A stretch of DNA of 41,046 nt, taken from the IMG/VR virus record IMGVR_UViG_3300032335_000942, positions 1 to 41,046 of that record; one strand, written 5' to 3'. This document shows, in pieces, positions 7,261 through 16,428 of this stretch. The notes under the pieces are model-generated. The model was not told where the DNA came from. It made no database searches and saw only the letters and a list, made by a program, of their open reading frames with translations. A program made the position numbers and the translations under genes. Origin of the DNA: a virus. Its lineage: Duplodnaviria > Caudoviricetes. How positions within the stretch are numbered: the stretch's first letter is position 1; every line of letters starts with the position of its first letter.

Positions 7261-10200
7261 ATGAACCGACTCCCCGAAAACCCTCCGGCTTGGGTCTCCC
7301 CATACATCGGTCTTCCATTCCGCGAGAAGGGGCGGTCTACCGACGGCGTCGACTGCTGGGGGCTGGTCCGTCTGGTCTACGCAGAACGGTTCGGGATCGC
7401 TCTCCCCGACCTCTCCGATCGCTACGCGGCGTCCGAGGACGGTCCGACGGTCGAGAGGACGGTCGAAGGCGAGACGGCTCCCGGGGGATCGTGGCGGCTC
7501 CGCGAGGCTCCAGAGGTCGGCTCCGTCGGCGTCTTCCGGGTCAAGGGGCTCCCGTCGCACGTGGGGATCGCCGTCGCGGATGGCAAGTTCCTCCATTCGT
7601 TCCCCGGGGTCAACTCGGTCGTCGAGTCGTACCAATCCCCCGCATGGTCGAACCGGCTCGTCGGCTGGTATGAATTTGCGGGCGCGGTCGAGGTCCGGAC
7701 CCGGCGGACGATCTTCGAGGCGGTCCCCGGTCGGCTCGAACTCCCGGCGGGCGGAACGATCGAGGACATGATCATCGCGGGCGGGATCGATCCCAGCGCC
7801 GACATCCGGGTCTTTCTCGGCGATCGCGAAGTCGCTCGCAAGCAATGGCGCAACGTCCGACCCAAGGCGGGGCGGCGGGTCACCGTGGGGGTAGTCCCTC
7901 AAGGCGGCGGGGGCGGCGGTAATGGGAAGACAATTACTCGCGTCCTGCTCACGATCGCGGTCATCGTCGCGGCGATCTACGTCGGCCCCTACGCGGCGAC
8001 GGCGCTGGGGTATACGGCGGCGGGATCGGCGGCGGCGATCTCGACGGCAGTCATCGGGCTCGCGGGAACGCTCGCGGTCAACTCTCTCGTCCCTCCCCCC
8101 AAGCCCGAACTCTCCGGCGCTGGCGACGGATCGTCGCGAGTCTCCCCGACCATCGCGGGCGCGAGGAACGACATCCGTCGGTACTCCCCAGTCCCCGTCA
8201 TCTTCGGCGTCCACCGAGTGGTCCCCCCGTTCGGCGCTCTGCCTTACACAGAGGTCGTGGGCGACGACCAGTTCCTTCGGTGCCTCTTCGTGATTGGGTA
8301 TGGTCCTCTCTCGATCGAGGACTTGCGGATCGGCGACACTCCGATTGAGGAGTTTGACGGCGTCGAGTACGAAATCAGGAACGGGGTCGAAGGCGAGACT
8401 CCAACAGCAATCTATCCCGGGATCGTTCGCGAGCAGGCGCTTGCGATAACGGTCGCGCAGACTGCGAACTGGATCCTTCGCACGACCGAAAACGACGGCG
8501 ATGAAATCTCGCTCGACATCACGTTCGCGCGGGGGCTTGCGACGGTCGAAACAAACGGGAGCAGGAGCAACCGGACGGTCGTCTTCGATATCGAATACGC
8601 ACCTCGGGGCTCGGGGGCTTGGACGACGATCAACTTCGAGTCTCCGACCGACGCTCGCGGGCTGGATTACTTCTTTCGAACTCCCGAGTCGACGCAACTC
8701 GCGACGGGTCGGCGGACCGGACAGCGGATCGACTTCTCTGTGTCTGGTGTCTTTGCCGATCCCGTTCCGGCGGAGATCGCGGCTGTCTCTCCGTCCCGCA
8801 TCTCGTGGGAGGCGACAGGGTACATTCGCGTCCCCACAACTGGCACCTATGTCTTTGCGATCGATGCTGCGGACGCTGCGGACTTTGAGATCGACGGTCG
8901 GCGCGTGGTCGACTTTTACGGCTCGCACGAACGGACCGGACCGGCGGACTACAACGCGCGGCAGTCCCCGACGATTCAACTCGCGGCGGGGGACCATCCG
9001 TTTAAGTTCCGGGTCGAGGCACGCTCATACTCGCGGCTCGCGGCGGCGCTGGGCTGGAAGAAGCCCGGAGACTCTTCGTTCTCCACTATCCCTGCGGACA
9101 ACATCGTCGCTCGCGGCGGGACGAATCGGTACGCGTTCATCCCATCACAAGGCTACAAATATCGGGTCTTCGATACCTCGCTCTTTGGCGGCGTCTCTCT
9201 CGTGGCAAGCGACAATCGGGTCGACGTCATCCGTCGCACACTATCTTGGCCCGTCCCCCGGGGGCAGTACGACGTCCGCATGCGGCGGACCACGCTCGAC
9301 TCAACTGACGATCGCGTCATCGACGAAGCAACGTGGACGGCGCTGCGGACGGTACTCAACGACGAACCGATCCGGGTCAAGAACCTCGCTCGCGTTGCGC
9401 TGCGTATCAAGGCGACGGATCAACTCAACGGCGTCATCGACACATTCAACGTCCTCGCGGGCTCGATCCTTCCCGACTACGACTCGTTCTCCGGAGAGTG
9501 GGTCTCGCGAGTCACAAACAACCCCGCGTCCTTCTACCGGGCGGCGCTTCAAGGTCCTGCCAATCGCAAGCCCCTCGCCGACTCGCGAGTCTCGATCACG
9601 GCGCTCGCGGCTTGGCACGACGCGAATCGCATCAACGGCTTCGCGGGAAACGTGGTCTTTGACTACGAGGGGACGCTCTTCGAGAGGCTCAACATCATCG
9701 CGTCCCTCGGGCGAGCGACGTTTGGTATCGAGGACGGGAAGTTCGCGATCGTTCGCGACCGGGTCCAGTCGACTCCTGTGCAGCACTTCACTCCGAGGAA
9801 CTCGGCGGGCTTCAAGGGGCGGCGGTCATTCCCCGACATCCCGCACGCGCTCCGGGTCTCGTTCCTCAACGAAGAGAAGGACTTCCAGCGCGACGAGGTA
9901 ACGGTCTATGACGACGGCTTCGACGATTCGAACGCGACACGCTTTGAGTCGCTCGAACTCTTCGGCATCACCAACCCCGGGCTTGCTTGGCGACATGGGC
10001 GGTACTACATCGCGGCTGGCAGGCTCCGGCCAGAGACGTTTGACCTCTCCGTCGACTTCGAGCATTTGATCTGTCGTCGCGGGGACCTCGTCCTCGTCAC
10101 GCACGACGTTCCGATCCTCGGCACGGGGGCGGGACGCATCCGGCAAGTGGTCGCGGACGTTTCTGGCCGACCGGCGGTTGTCGAGATCGATGCGCCTCTC

Positions 10201-11979
10201 GAAATGCAGGCGGCGAAGTTCTACGCGATGCGGGTCCGCAAGAAGGACGGCACGTTCGTCCTCGTCAACATCGCGACCAACCCCGGCAATCAAACGATCC
10301 TGTATTTCGACTCCCCGATCCCGGTCGGCCAACCTGCTCCCGAGGCGGGCGATCTTTTCGGCTTCGGCGAGCGAGGCTACGAGTCGCGCGAGATGATCGT
10401 CCGGGCGATCCAGATGGGGGCGGACCTCTCGGCAATGCTCACCCTCGTGGATCACGCGCCAGCGGTTCACTCTGCGGACACGGGGACGATCCCCCAGTTC
10501 GATTCGGGCATTCTCTCGCCCCCGTCATGGGACGACGGACCCGAGGCACCGATCATCGAACGTATCCGTTCCAACGACTTTGTCATGGTTCGCGGCCCCG
10601 ACGGGACGCTCGTCCCCCGGATCGTGGTTTACCTCCGGCGTCCTTCGGCGTCGAACCGGCCTGTCCCCGTCACAATCCAAGGTCGCTACCGGGAGGCGGG
10701 GACCGGGGCTCCGTTCCGCTACGTCGCCTCCGTTCCGGCGGAGGGGCTCTCGATCGCCTTCCTCCCGGTCGACCAAGGGGTCGAGTACGAACTGGCTGTG
10801 CGGTACGTGTCGGCTGACGGGCGGGTCTCCCGGTGGGTCAACGCGCTCGAAGAGGTCGTCGGTCACGACCTACCCCCCCCGAACGTGATCTCGTTCGAGG
10901 TCCAGCAAATGTCCGACGGGACCCGGCGGTTCATTTGGGAACTCGGCGATCCCCCGGCGGATGTCATCGGCGTCAGGATTCGCTACGCGGCGGGCGGGGC
11001 TGCCTTGCCTTGGGAGGCGATGACCAATCTGCTCGACGGGGAGGGGGTCGTTGAAGGGGCGTCTCCGACCGATCTAGCGGCCCCCGGCGCGGGAACGTGG
11101 CGGTTCGCGATCAAGATGGTCGACGCGGGGGGGCTGGAGTCCCCGGACGCGGTCTTCTACGAGAAGACCCTCGGTCCTCCCCCCCAAGCGAACGTCGCAT
11201 GGATCGAGGACGCGAAGTCTCAGCGATGGCCCGGCGCTAAGACGAACTGCTTCGTCTCGGCCCCCGGCGGGGAACTGACGGCGGGCTCCCAGAGGACATG
11301 GGCGACGACCTCAACCCCGTGGTCGAACTGGCGAAAGTGGAACGAGCAGCCATATCCGGAGATCGACTACGAACATCCGACGGTCGACGTCGGCTTCGTC
11401 TTCGACTTCGAGCCTTCGATCTCGTTCCGGACCGAGGGCGATCAACCGGCGACAGTCCTCTTCGACTACTCGGTCGACGGGGTCGTGTGGAATGGCTATG
11501 CGAACATCCGGTCCTTCGACGGGCGGACAGTTCGTGGTCGATTCTTCCGCGCGAAGATCACGGTTGGCAACGCGGGGATGTATCCGATCCCGACTCTCTA
11601 CGAGTTCGCGATCATCCTGAATGCACCAACGATTGTCGAGGTCATTGACAATCTGGTTACCTCCAGTCTGCCAGCAGCCTACCGACTCGGTCCCGGTCAC
11701 TTCATCGCGCCGATCTCGTCTTCCACATTCGCTTGGATCAGGACTGTCTCGGTTTCCTTTAATGGAACTGGCGCGGGCTGGTCGTGGGAGATTGTCAACA
11801 AGAACGTCTTCCCCGGACCGGAGATCAGAATCTACAATCCCGACGACATTCCAACCGACGCGACGGTCGACGTTACGGTTCGCGGCGTTCGTAGCGCCGA
11901 CGGATCGACGACCTCGGCTCTCCCCGGAGAACTTCAGTTCAACGCGGCGCGCAACGCGGTCCTGCTCTCGATCATCTAA
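7261..11979 (+). CDS. Tail tip / host-specificity protein: NlpC/P60 (gpK-like) + gpI-like + gpJ-like fusion with internal PA14 domain
   Basis: YIGLPF...GR...GVDCWGLV...HVGI...FLH; PQGGGGGG + hydrophobic gpI-type segment; PVPVIFG; PA14-type WEATGYIRVPTTGTYVFAIDAADAADFEIDGRRVVD; gpJ-type TNNPA and RGDLVLVTHD; Fn3-like repeats. Confidence 0.85.
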   Translation: MNRLPENPPAWVSPYIGLPFREKGRSTDGVDCWGLVRLVYAERFGIALPDLSDRYAASEDGPTVERTVEGETAPGGSWRLREAPEVGSVGVFRVKGLPSHVGIAVADGKFLHSFPGVNSVVESYQSPAWSNRLVGWYEFAGAVEVRTRRTIFEAVPGRLELPAGGTIEDMIIAGGIDPSADIRVFLGDREVARKQWRNVRPKAGRRVTVGVVPQGGGGGGNGKTITRVLLTIAVIVAAIYVGPYAATALGYTAAGSAAAISTAVIGLAGTLAVNSLVPPPKPELSGAGDGSSRVSPTIAGARNDIRRYSPVPVIFGVHRVVPPFGALPYTEVVGDDQFLRCLFVIGYGPLSIEDLRIGDTPIEEFDGVEYEIRNGVEGETPTAIYPGIVREQALAITVAQTANWILRTTENDGDEISLDITFARGLATVETNGSRSNRTVVFDIEYAPRGSGAWTTINFESPTDARGLDYFFRTPESTQLATGRRTGQRIDFSVSGVFADPVPAEIAAVSPSRISWEATGYIRVPTTGTYVFAIDAADAADFEIDGRRVVDFYGSHERTGPADYNARQSPTIQLAAGDHPFKFRVEARSYSRLAAALGWKKPGDSSFSTIPADNIVARGGTNRYAFIPSQGYKYRVFDTSLFGGVSLVASDNRVDVIRRTLSWPVPRGQYDVRMRRTTLDSTDDRVIDEATWTALRTVLNDEPIRVKNLARVALRIKATDQLNGVIDTFNVLAGSILPDYDSFSGEWVSRVTNNPASFYRAALQGPANRKPLADSRVSITALAAWHDANRINGFAGNVVFDYEGTLFERLNIIASLGRATFGIEDGKFAIVRDRVQSTPVQHFTPRNSAGFKGRRSFPDIPHALRVSFLNEEKDFQRDEVTVYDDGFDDSNATRFESLELFGITNPGLAWRHGRYYIAAGRLRPETFDLSVDFEHLICRRGDLVLVTHDVPILGTGAGRIRQVVADVSGRPAVVEIDAPLEMQAAKFYAMRVRKKDGTFVLVNIATNPGNQTILYFDSPIPVGQPAPEAGDLFGFGERGYESREMIVRAIQMGADLSAMLTLVDHAPAVHSADTGTIPQFDSGILSPPSWDDGPEAPIIERIRSNDFVMVRGPDGTLVPRIVVYLRRPSASNRPVPVTIQGRYREAGTGAPFRYVASVPAEGLSIAFLPVDQGVEYELAVRYVSADGRVSRWVNALEEVVGHDLPPPNVISFEVQQMSDGTRRFIWELGDPPADVIGVRIRYAAGGAALPWEAMTNLLDGEGVVEGASPTDLAAPGAGTWRFAIKMVDAGGLESPDAVFYEKTLGPPPQANVAWIEDAKSQRWPGAKTNCFVSAPGGELTAGSQRTWATTSTPWSNWRKWNEQPYPEIDYEHPTVDVGFVFDFEPSISFRTEGDQPATVLFDYSVDGVVWNGYANIRSFDGRTVRGRFFRAKITVGNAGMYPIPTLYEFAIILNAPTIVEVIDNLVTSSLPAAYRLGPGHFIAPISSSTFAWIRTVSVSFNGTGAGWSWEIVNKNVFPGPEIRIYNPDDIPTDATVDVTVRGVRSADGSTTSALPGELQFNAARNAVLLSII

Positions 11980-11990
11980 CGGAGTCCCCC

Positions 11991-12935
11991 ATGTCACTTC
12001 AAGTCCTTGACGGTAACGGCGTAGCGCAACAACTCAAAACCACCGTCGACGGGGCGGACCTTGTCCCCCATAACAAGATCGACTCGGTCGCAGGAACGGT
12101 CGCGGCAACACAGTCGGGGGCGTGGAACGTCGCGATCACGGGGACGCTCCCGTCGATCATCCCCGGGGTCGGAGCGACCAACCTCGGCAAGGCTGAGGAC
12201 GCGGCGCACACGACGGGGGACACTGGTGTCATGGTCCTCGCGGTTCGCAACGATGGGGGAGCAGTCCTCGCGGGGACGACGGGCGACTACGTTCCTCTCA
12301 CGACGGACGCAAACGGCGCTCTCCGAGTCGTCGGCGGCGGCGGCGGCTCGCAGTATGCGGAGGACGCGGTACACACAACCGGCGATCTTGGAACGATCGC
12401 GATGGCAGTTCGTCGCGACACTCCGTCGACGATGGTTTCGGCTGATAATGATTACAGTGCGCTCACGGTCGACAACACGGGACGACTTTATACAAACACG
12501 CTTCTCGCGACGGGGACCAACTCGATCGGGAGACTCGGAACGGCGAACTCCGGAGTCGTCATCGGCGCGGTCGAGCAAAGTGCGGACTGGGACGTCTTCG
12601 ATGACGTCGAGTCAGTCTTCGTCGCGGGAGTGAAACTCACGGTAAAGACTGCGTTCGTCGCGCTCGCGGCGTTCCCCGGAACAGTCGTTGCGGCTGTCGT
12701 CGGGAAAAAAATCCGAGTCCTTTCGGCTTCGATTTCGCATACTGCTGCGGGCTTTACCTCGCTCACGGACGGGTCGGGCGGCACGGTTCGGATCACGGTC
12801 AATCATGTAGCAACTGGTTCTGTGCAAGTTCATCCCGCTCGCGGTCATATCATGGAGACGACGTCGGGCACAGGACTCTTCGCAAACGCTACTGCAGGAA
12901 CGGCGAACATCTGGGTCCAGTACGTCGAGGTCTAA
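11991..12935 (+). CDS. Putative tail fibre / minor structural protein with an internal two-fold repeat
   Basis: Two ~45-aa repeats AEDA.HTTGD.G....AVR.D...DY..LT.D..G.L; downstream of the tail tip gene. Confidence 0.55.
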   Translation: MSLQVLDGNGVAQQLKTTVDGADLVPHNKIDSVAGTVAATQSGAWNVAITGTLPSIIPGVGATNLGKAEDAAHTTGDTGVMVLAVRNDGGAVLAGTTGDYVPLTTDANGALRVVGGGGGSQYAEDAVHTTGDLGTIAMAVRRDTPSTMVSADNDYSALTVDNTGRLYTNTLLATGTNSIGRLGTANSGVVIGAVEQSADWDVFDDVESVFVAGVKLTVKTAFVALAAFPGTVVAAVVGKKIRVLSASISHTAAGFTSLTDGSGGTVRITVNHVATGSVQVHPARGHIMETTSGTGLFANATAGTANIWVQYVEV

Positions 12936-12946
12936 GGAATCAAAAC

Positions 12947-13735
12947 ATGGCATGGCCCGGATCCCCGACATTCGTCAAAACCAATCTCGACCAGTCCTCG
13001 GACGATCCGGCGGCGGCGCGGGCGGATCTTTACAACATCGCGACCGACGTCGAAAACGTCATCGCGGGGCGGGCTCAGGCTTCCGGGGTCGCGTCCCTCG
13101 GTTCGGACTCGAAGATCCCCAAGGAACAACTCCCGTTCCCAAACCCAATCCCCAAGGTCGTCGGCTACCAGACGGCTGGCTCCTTCTCGTGGACCGTCCC
13201 GGCGGGCTGCTTCCGGATCCTCGTTGAATGCTGGGGCGGCGGCGGCGGCGGAGCCTACGCAAACTCTGCGACCAATCACGGCGGCGGCGGCGGCGCTGGG
13301 GGCGGGGCGATCAAGTCTTGGGATGTCACCCCCGGCGACGTCCTGAACATTGTCGTCGGCGCTGGGGGACAGGGCGGGCTTGGTCCCCTCGACTCAAACG
13401 GGGCGAACGGGGCGAACTCCACCGTCACCATCGGCGCGACATCGATCATCGGGAACGGCGGCTTTGGTGGGCAGGGCGGCGGTCTAAACGTCGGCGGGGT
13501 CGGCGGGCTCGCGACGGGCGGGGACGTCAATCTCGAAGGCGGCTGCGCGATGACGGGGATCGGCTCTGCGTCAATGGGAGGCTTCGGCGGATGCAACTCG
13601 CGGTCGGGACAGGCTCCCGGCCAAGGTCCCGGCTTCGGCTTCGGCGGCGGAGGCTACGGCTCCGGGACGGGCGGACCGAACCCGGCGATCTCCGGCAAGG
13701 CGGGCGGGGTCATGATCTGGTACTACGAACCATAA
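12947..13735 (+). CDS. Glycine-rich tail fibre-like protein
   Basis: GSFSWTVPAG...ECWGGGGGG...GGGGGAGG...VTPGDVLNIVVGAGG glycine-rich phage domain. Confidence 0.7.
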   Translation: MAWPGSPTFVKTNLDQSSDDPAAARADLYNIATDVENVIAGRAQASGVASLGSDSKIPKEQLPFPNPIPKVVGYQTAGSFSWTVPAGCFRILVECWGGGGGGAYANSATNHGGGGGAGGGAIKSWDVTPGDVLNIVVGAGGQGGLGPLDSNGANGANSTVTIGATSIIGNGGFGGQGGGLNVGGVGGLATGGDVNLEGGCAMTGIGSASMGGFGGCNSRSGQAPGQGPGFGFGGGGYGSGTGGPNPAISGKAGGVMIWYYEP

Positions 13736-13744
13736 GGATCGCTC

Positions 13745-15082
13745 GTGCAATACTGCGAAAAACAACCCGAACTGCTCGCTCGTCTTCAACGTCCCACCGT
13801 TCGCTTCACCGATTCGCAAGGCGTGGACGGCGTCTCAAACCGGCTCCCGCAAGGACGAAAGAAAGAGTCTCGGTACGGCACATGGGGCTTCTACGGCGTC
13901 CCTCCATTGACCGGTCCCGACCTTGCGACTCAGGGGTTCACGACATTCAATCAGTGGGCAAGCGCGACTGCGCTCGCGGTCGGGGACGTCCCTCCCGGAG
14001 GACTTTCTTCCCTGATCTCGCGTCACTCGAATACGGCGATCGCGACGGCCTACTCGTCGAACGTCGGGTCCTTCACTCCTCTTTCTCAAACGTATTGGCG
14101 TCCTTCGGTATGGGCGAACGACTGGCTCACGGGGAATCTGAAATTCGGAGAGTTGCGAGTGAACCCGGGGGCGAACGGACTTCTCGGGTCGGATATTCAG
14201 GTCTCGATCCGTAACGCGACTATTCCCTATTCAAGCGGAGCAGTCGACGAGTCGGTCGGGACTGCTGGCAACTACACATACTTCGAGACTCCTGATATCG
14301 CTATGGGGACGGGGAGTTCCGACATCTCGATGTTTAGGCAGTCGGGCGGAGGCGCGTTCGACGAAACCGGGAAACTCTCGTTCTGGCTGCTGAAGACAAT
14401 TCGATCGTCGCTCGCGGCAACTCGGTACGGCGAAGTAAGCGCGGGCTGGGGCGGCGCGACTTGGGATATGCACGACGATGAGGCGGGACAAACTGCCAGC
14501 ACGCAGAAGTACCTTGACGCGCACATGGACCAGTTGTTCACGATCACCCCGATCCAAGGCGACTATGCGACTGGCGGCAAATCGGGGAAGGTCGTCGCGA
14601 TGCTTGGGACGAACGGTTACACCCCCGGGAACCAAGCGCAACTGAAGACATGGGTCAACAATTGGATCGCTCGCGTTCGCGCTTCGCTTACGCGGGTCGG
14701 CAAGGGATCGTCGGACGTCCTGATTGAACTCGTTCTCCCGTGGGACACGACTCTCGATCGTCCGAACTACAACGCGACGACCGAGCAGGTCAAAGTCAAC
14801 GAGATGGACGCAGTCTACAGAGCAGTCGCGTCAGAAAACACTGCTCTTCACTCCAAGGTCGCCTATACCCCATTAGGTCTTGAAGTCCGCGCTCGTCACG
14901 GCGCTTTGCCGAGTTGGACGAGCATCGATGGGTCAACTGGCTACCTTGCGGGGAGTGGAGACTTCACGCATCCGAACTCGATCGGTGCGCTCTATTTCCC
15001 GACGGTCGAGGTCGATCTCTATCTGCGATCGCAGGTTTCAACCTCGCGCGTTTCCATGAGAACTGGTCTGGGGCTCGTCTAG
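13745..15082 (+). CDS. SGNH/GDSL-type hydrolase (putative carbohydrate esterase), probably virion-associated
   Basis: Block I-like FTDSQG, block III MLGTNG, block V DFTHPN; GTG start after AAGGA. Confidence 0.6.
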   Translation: MQYCEKQPELLARLQRPTVRFTDSQGVDGVSNRLPQGRKKESRYGTWGFYGVPPLTGPDLATQGFTTFNQWASATALAVGDVPPGGLSSLISRHSNTAIATAYSSNVGSFTPLSQTYWRPSVWANDWLTGNLKFGELRVNPGANGLLGSDIQVSIRNATIPYSSGAVDESVGTAGNYTYFETPDIAMGTGSSDISMFRQSGGGAFDETGKLSFWLLKTIRSSLAATRYGEVSAGWGGATWDMHDDEAGQTASTQKYLDAHMDQLFTITPIQGDYATGGKSGKVVAMLGTNGYTPGNQAQLKTWVNNWIARVRASLTRVGKGSSDVLIELVLPWDTTLDRPNYNATTEQVKVNEMDAVYRAVASENTALHSKVAYTPLGLEVRARHGALPSWTSIDGSTGYLAGSGDFTHPNSIGALYFPTVEVDLYLRSQVSTSRVSMRTGLGLV

Positions 15083-15504
15083 CGACGGGGCCTGAACAAG
15101 CCCATTTCGTCGTAGACTCTCAATCGCTCGTCGGTACGGATGCCTCGCTCGTTTTCTGCCTCGACAACGTCGGCAAGACGATCGATCTGTCGCTCCATCT
15201 GCTCGTCGAACGCTTGCAAAGGTCGGACCCAAGCAGTCCCAATAGCGCCGACGATCGCGATAAGAATAGAGATAGCACCGATGATCCATCCCCAGTTCGT
15301 CTTTCCGGCGTTCACCGAGTCGCGGCGGATGTCCGCAAACCCCCCCATGACATTTGAAGAGAGGCGATCGACGGATGTCTTCACGCTCTCGACCTCGTTT
15401 GAGATCGACCTCATGCCGACTTCCAAGGCTGCAACTCGCGGCGATAGTGGTGAGTTCATGTCAAGATGCTCGGAGACAGGCGCGTTCTGGTTTGCTTGCG
15501 ACAT
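15079..15504 (-). CDS. Single-pass membrane protein with coiled coils (possible holin or spanin-like lysis protein)
   Basis: TM segment WGWIIGAISILIAIVGAIGTAWV flanked by heptad-like regions. Confidence 0.55.
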   Translation of the reverse strand: MSQANQNAPVSEHLDMNSPLSPRVAALEVGMRSISNEVESVKTSVDRLSSNVMGGFADIRRDSVNAGKTNWGWIIGAISILIAIVGAIGTAWVRPLQAFDEQMERQIDRLADVVEAENERGIRTDERLRVYDEMGLFRPRR

Positions 15505-15583
15505 GATTCGGTAGTCCCTTGTGGAAGTCCATTGCCAGAAAAAACGTCGGGATGGTCTCCCGTCCCGACGTCAAAGAGTAGGT

Positions 15584-16339
15584 TTAAGCAGTCACAGGCT
15601 CGGGGCGATCGATCCTCGCTTGGGCTCGATCGACCTCCATCTTGCCGAGGGGCGTTTGGATTGCGTCGATCACATGCGCGTTCTTCTGGATCGCGGTCCG
15701 GACCTCCGGAGCGACGTCTGCGAGGACCTCGATCGACGCGACGATCCGCTCCAGCGCCGTCGACTTGGTCTTGACGGTTCCTTCGAGGACGGTCTTCGCT
15801 TTGGTGAGACGCGAGCCCCTCCACAGGAGCCCCCCGACGACGGGAGCGAGCGCGGCTGCTCCCGGGATAAGCAATCCAATCAGGGACCCGATGTCGGCCC
15901 CGGGATTCTTTTCTCCGGGGTCGGCGAGGATCGTGTCGGCTTGAGCGATCCGATCCCCGATCTTCTTCGCAGTCTCCTTGGCGGCGGCGCTCGCGGCAGT
16001 CGCTTCGGCGATCGCGGAGTCGAGCGATGTCAGGCGGGAGACGACTTGGGCGACGGTCGTCTCGACCTCGATCCTACCGGGGCTCCCGGCTTCGAGTTGT
16101 TTTGCGATCCCGGCGAGGCGATCCTTCTCGGCGCGGAGTTCGTCGACGCTTGTCTTCATCGTCGCGACCGATGCTTCTGCGTCCTTCGTCTTCTGTTCGA
16201 GGTCTTCTTTCTCCGCGATGGCTCTTGCTCTCTCCGCTTGTACCTCCGCGCTGGAGGCACATCCCGGGGCGGTCGCGAGAAACATCGCCGCGACCATGGC
16301 CGAGAGAAGAAGGACGAACGGGAACTTCGAGAATCTCAT
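15584..16339 (-). CDS. Lipoprotein with long coiled coil and C-proximal hydrophobic segment (candidate unimolecular spanin)
   Basis: Signal MRFSKFPFVLLLSAMVAAMFLATAPG-C; ~120-aa coiled coil; IGSLIGLLIPGAAALAPVVGGLLW; RBS AAGGAG. Confidence 0.6.
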   Translation of the reverse strand: MRFSKFPFVLLLSAMVAAMFLATAPGCASSAEVQAERARAIAEKEDLEQKTKDAEASVATMKTSVDELRAEKDRLAGIAKQLEAGSPGRIEVETTVAQVVSRLTSLDSAIAEATAASAAAKETAKKIGDRIAQADTILADPGEKNPGADIGSLIGLLIPGAAALAPVVGGLLWRGSRLTKAKTVLEGTVKTKSTALERIVASIEVLADVAPEVRTAIQKNAHVIDAIQTPLGKMEVDRAQARIDRPEPVTA

Positions 16340-16428
16340 ATGCAGGCTCCTTGATTCCGAACGGGACCAATCCCGTCGGTCCACAAGAATAGTCGGATAC
16401 CATCGCGGTACTTTCCAAGGAGTAGATC

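Noticed and set aside
7234-8997. Long antisense ORFs (also 3381-4379, 19267-20316, 27067-28323, 38777-40207)
   Set aside because: They are shadows of well-supported plus-strand genes in GC-rich DNA, with no motifs or RBS.
11991-15082. Diversity-generating retroelement acting on fibre genes
   Set aside because: No reverse transcriptase and no template/variable repeat pair differing at adenines was seen.
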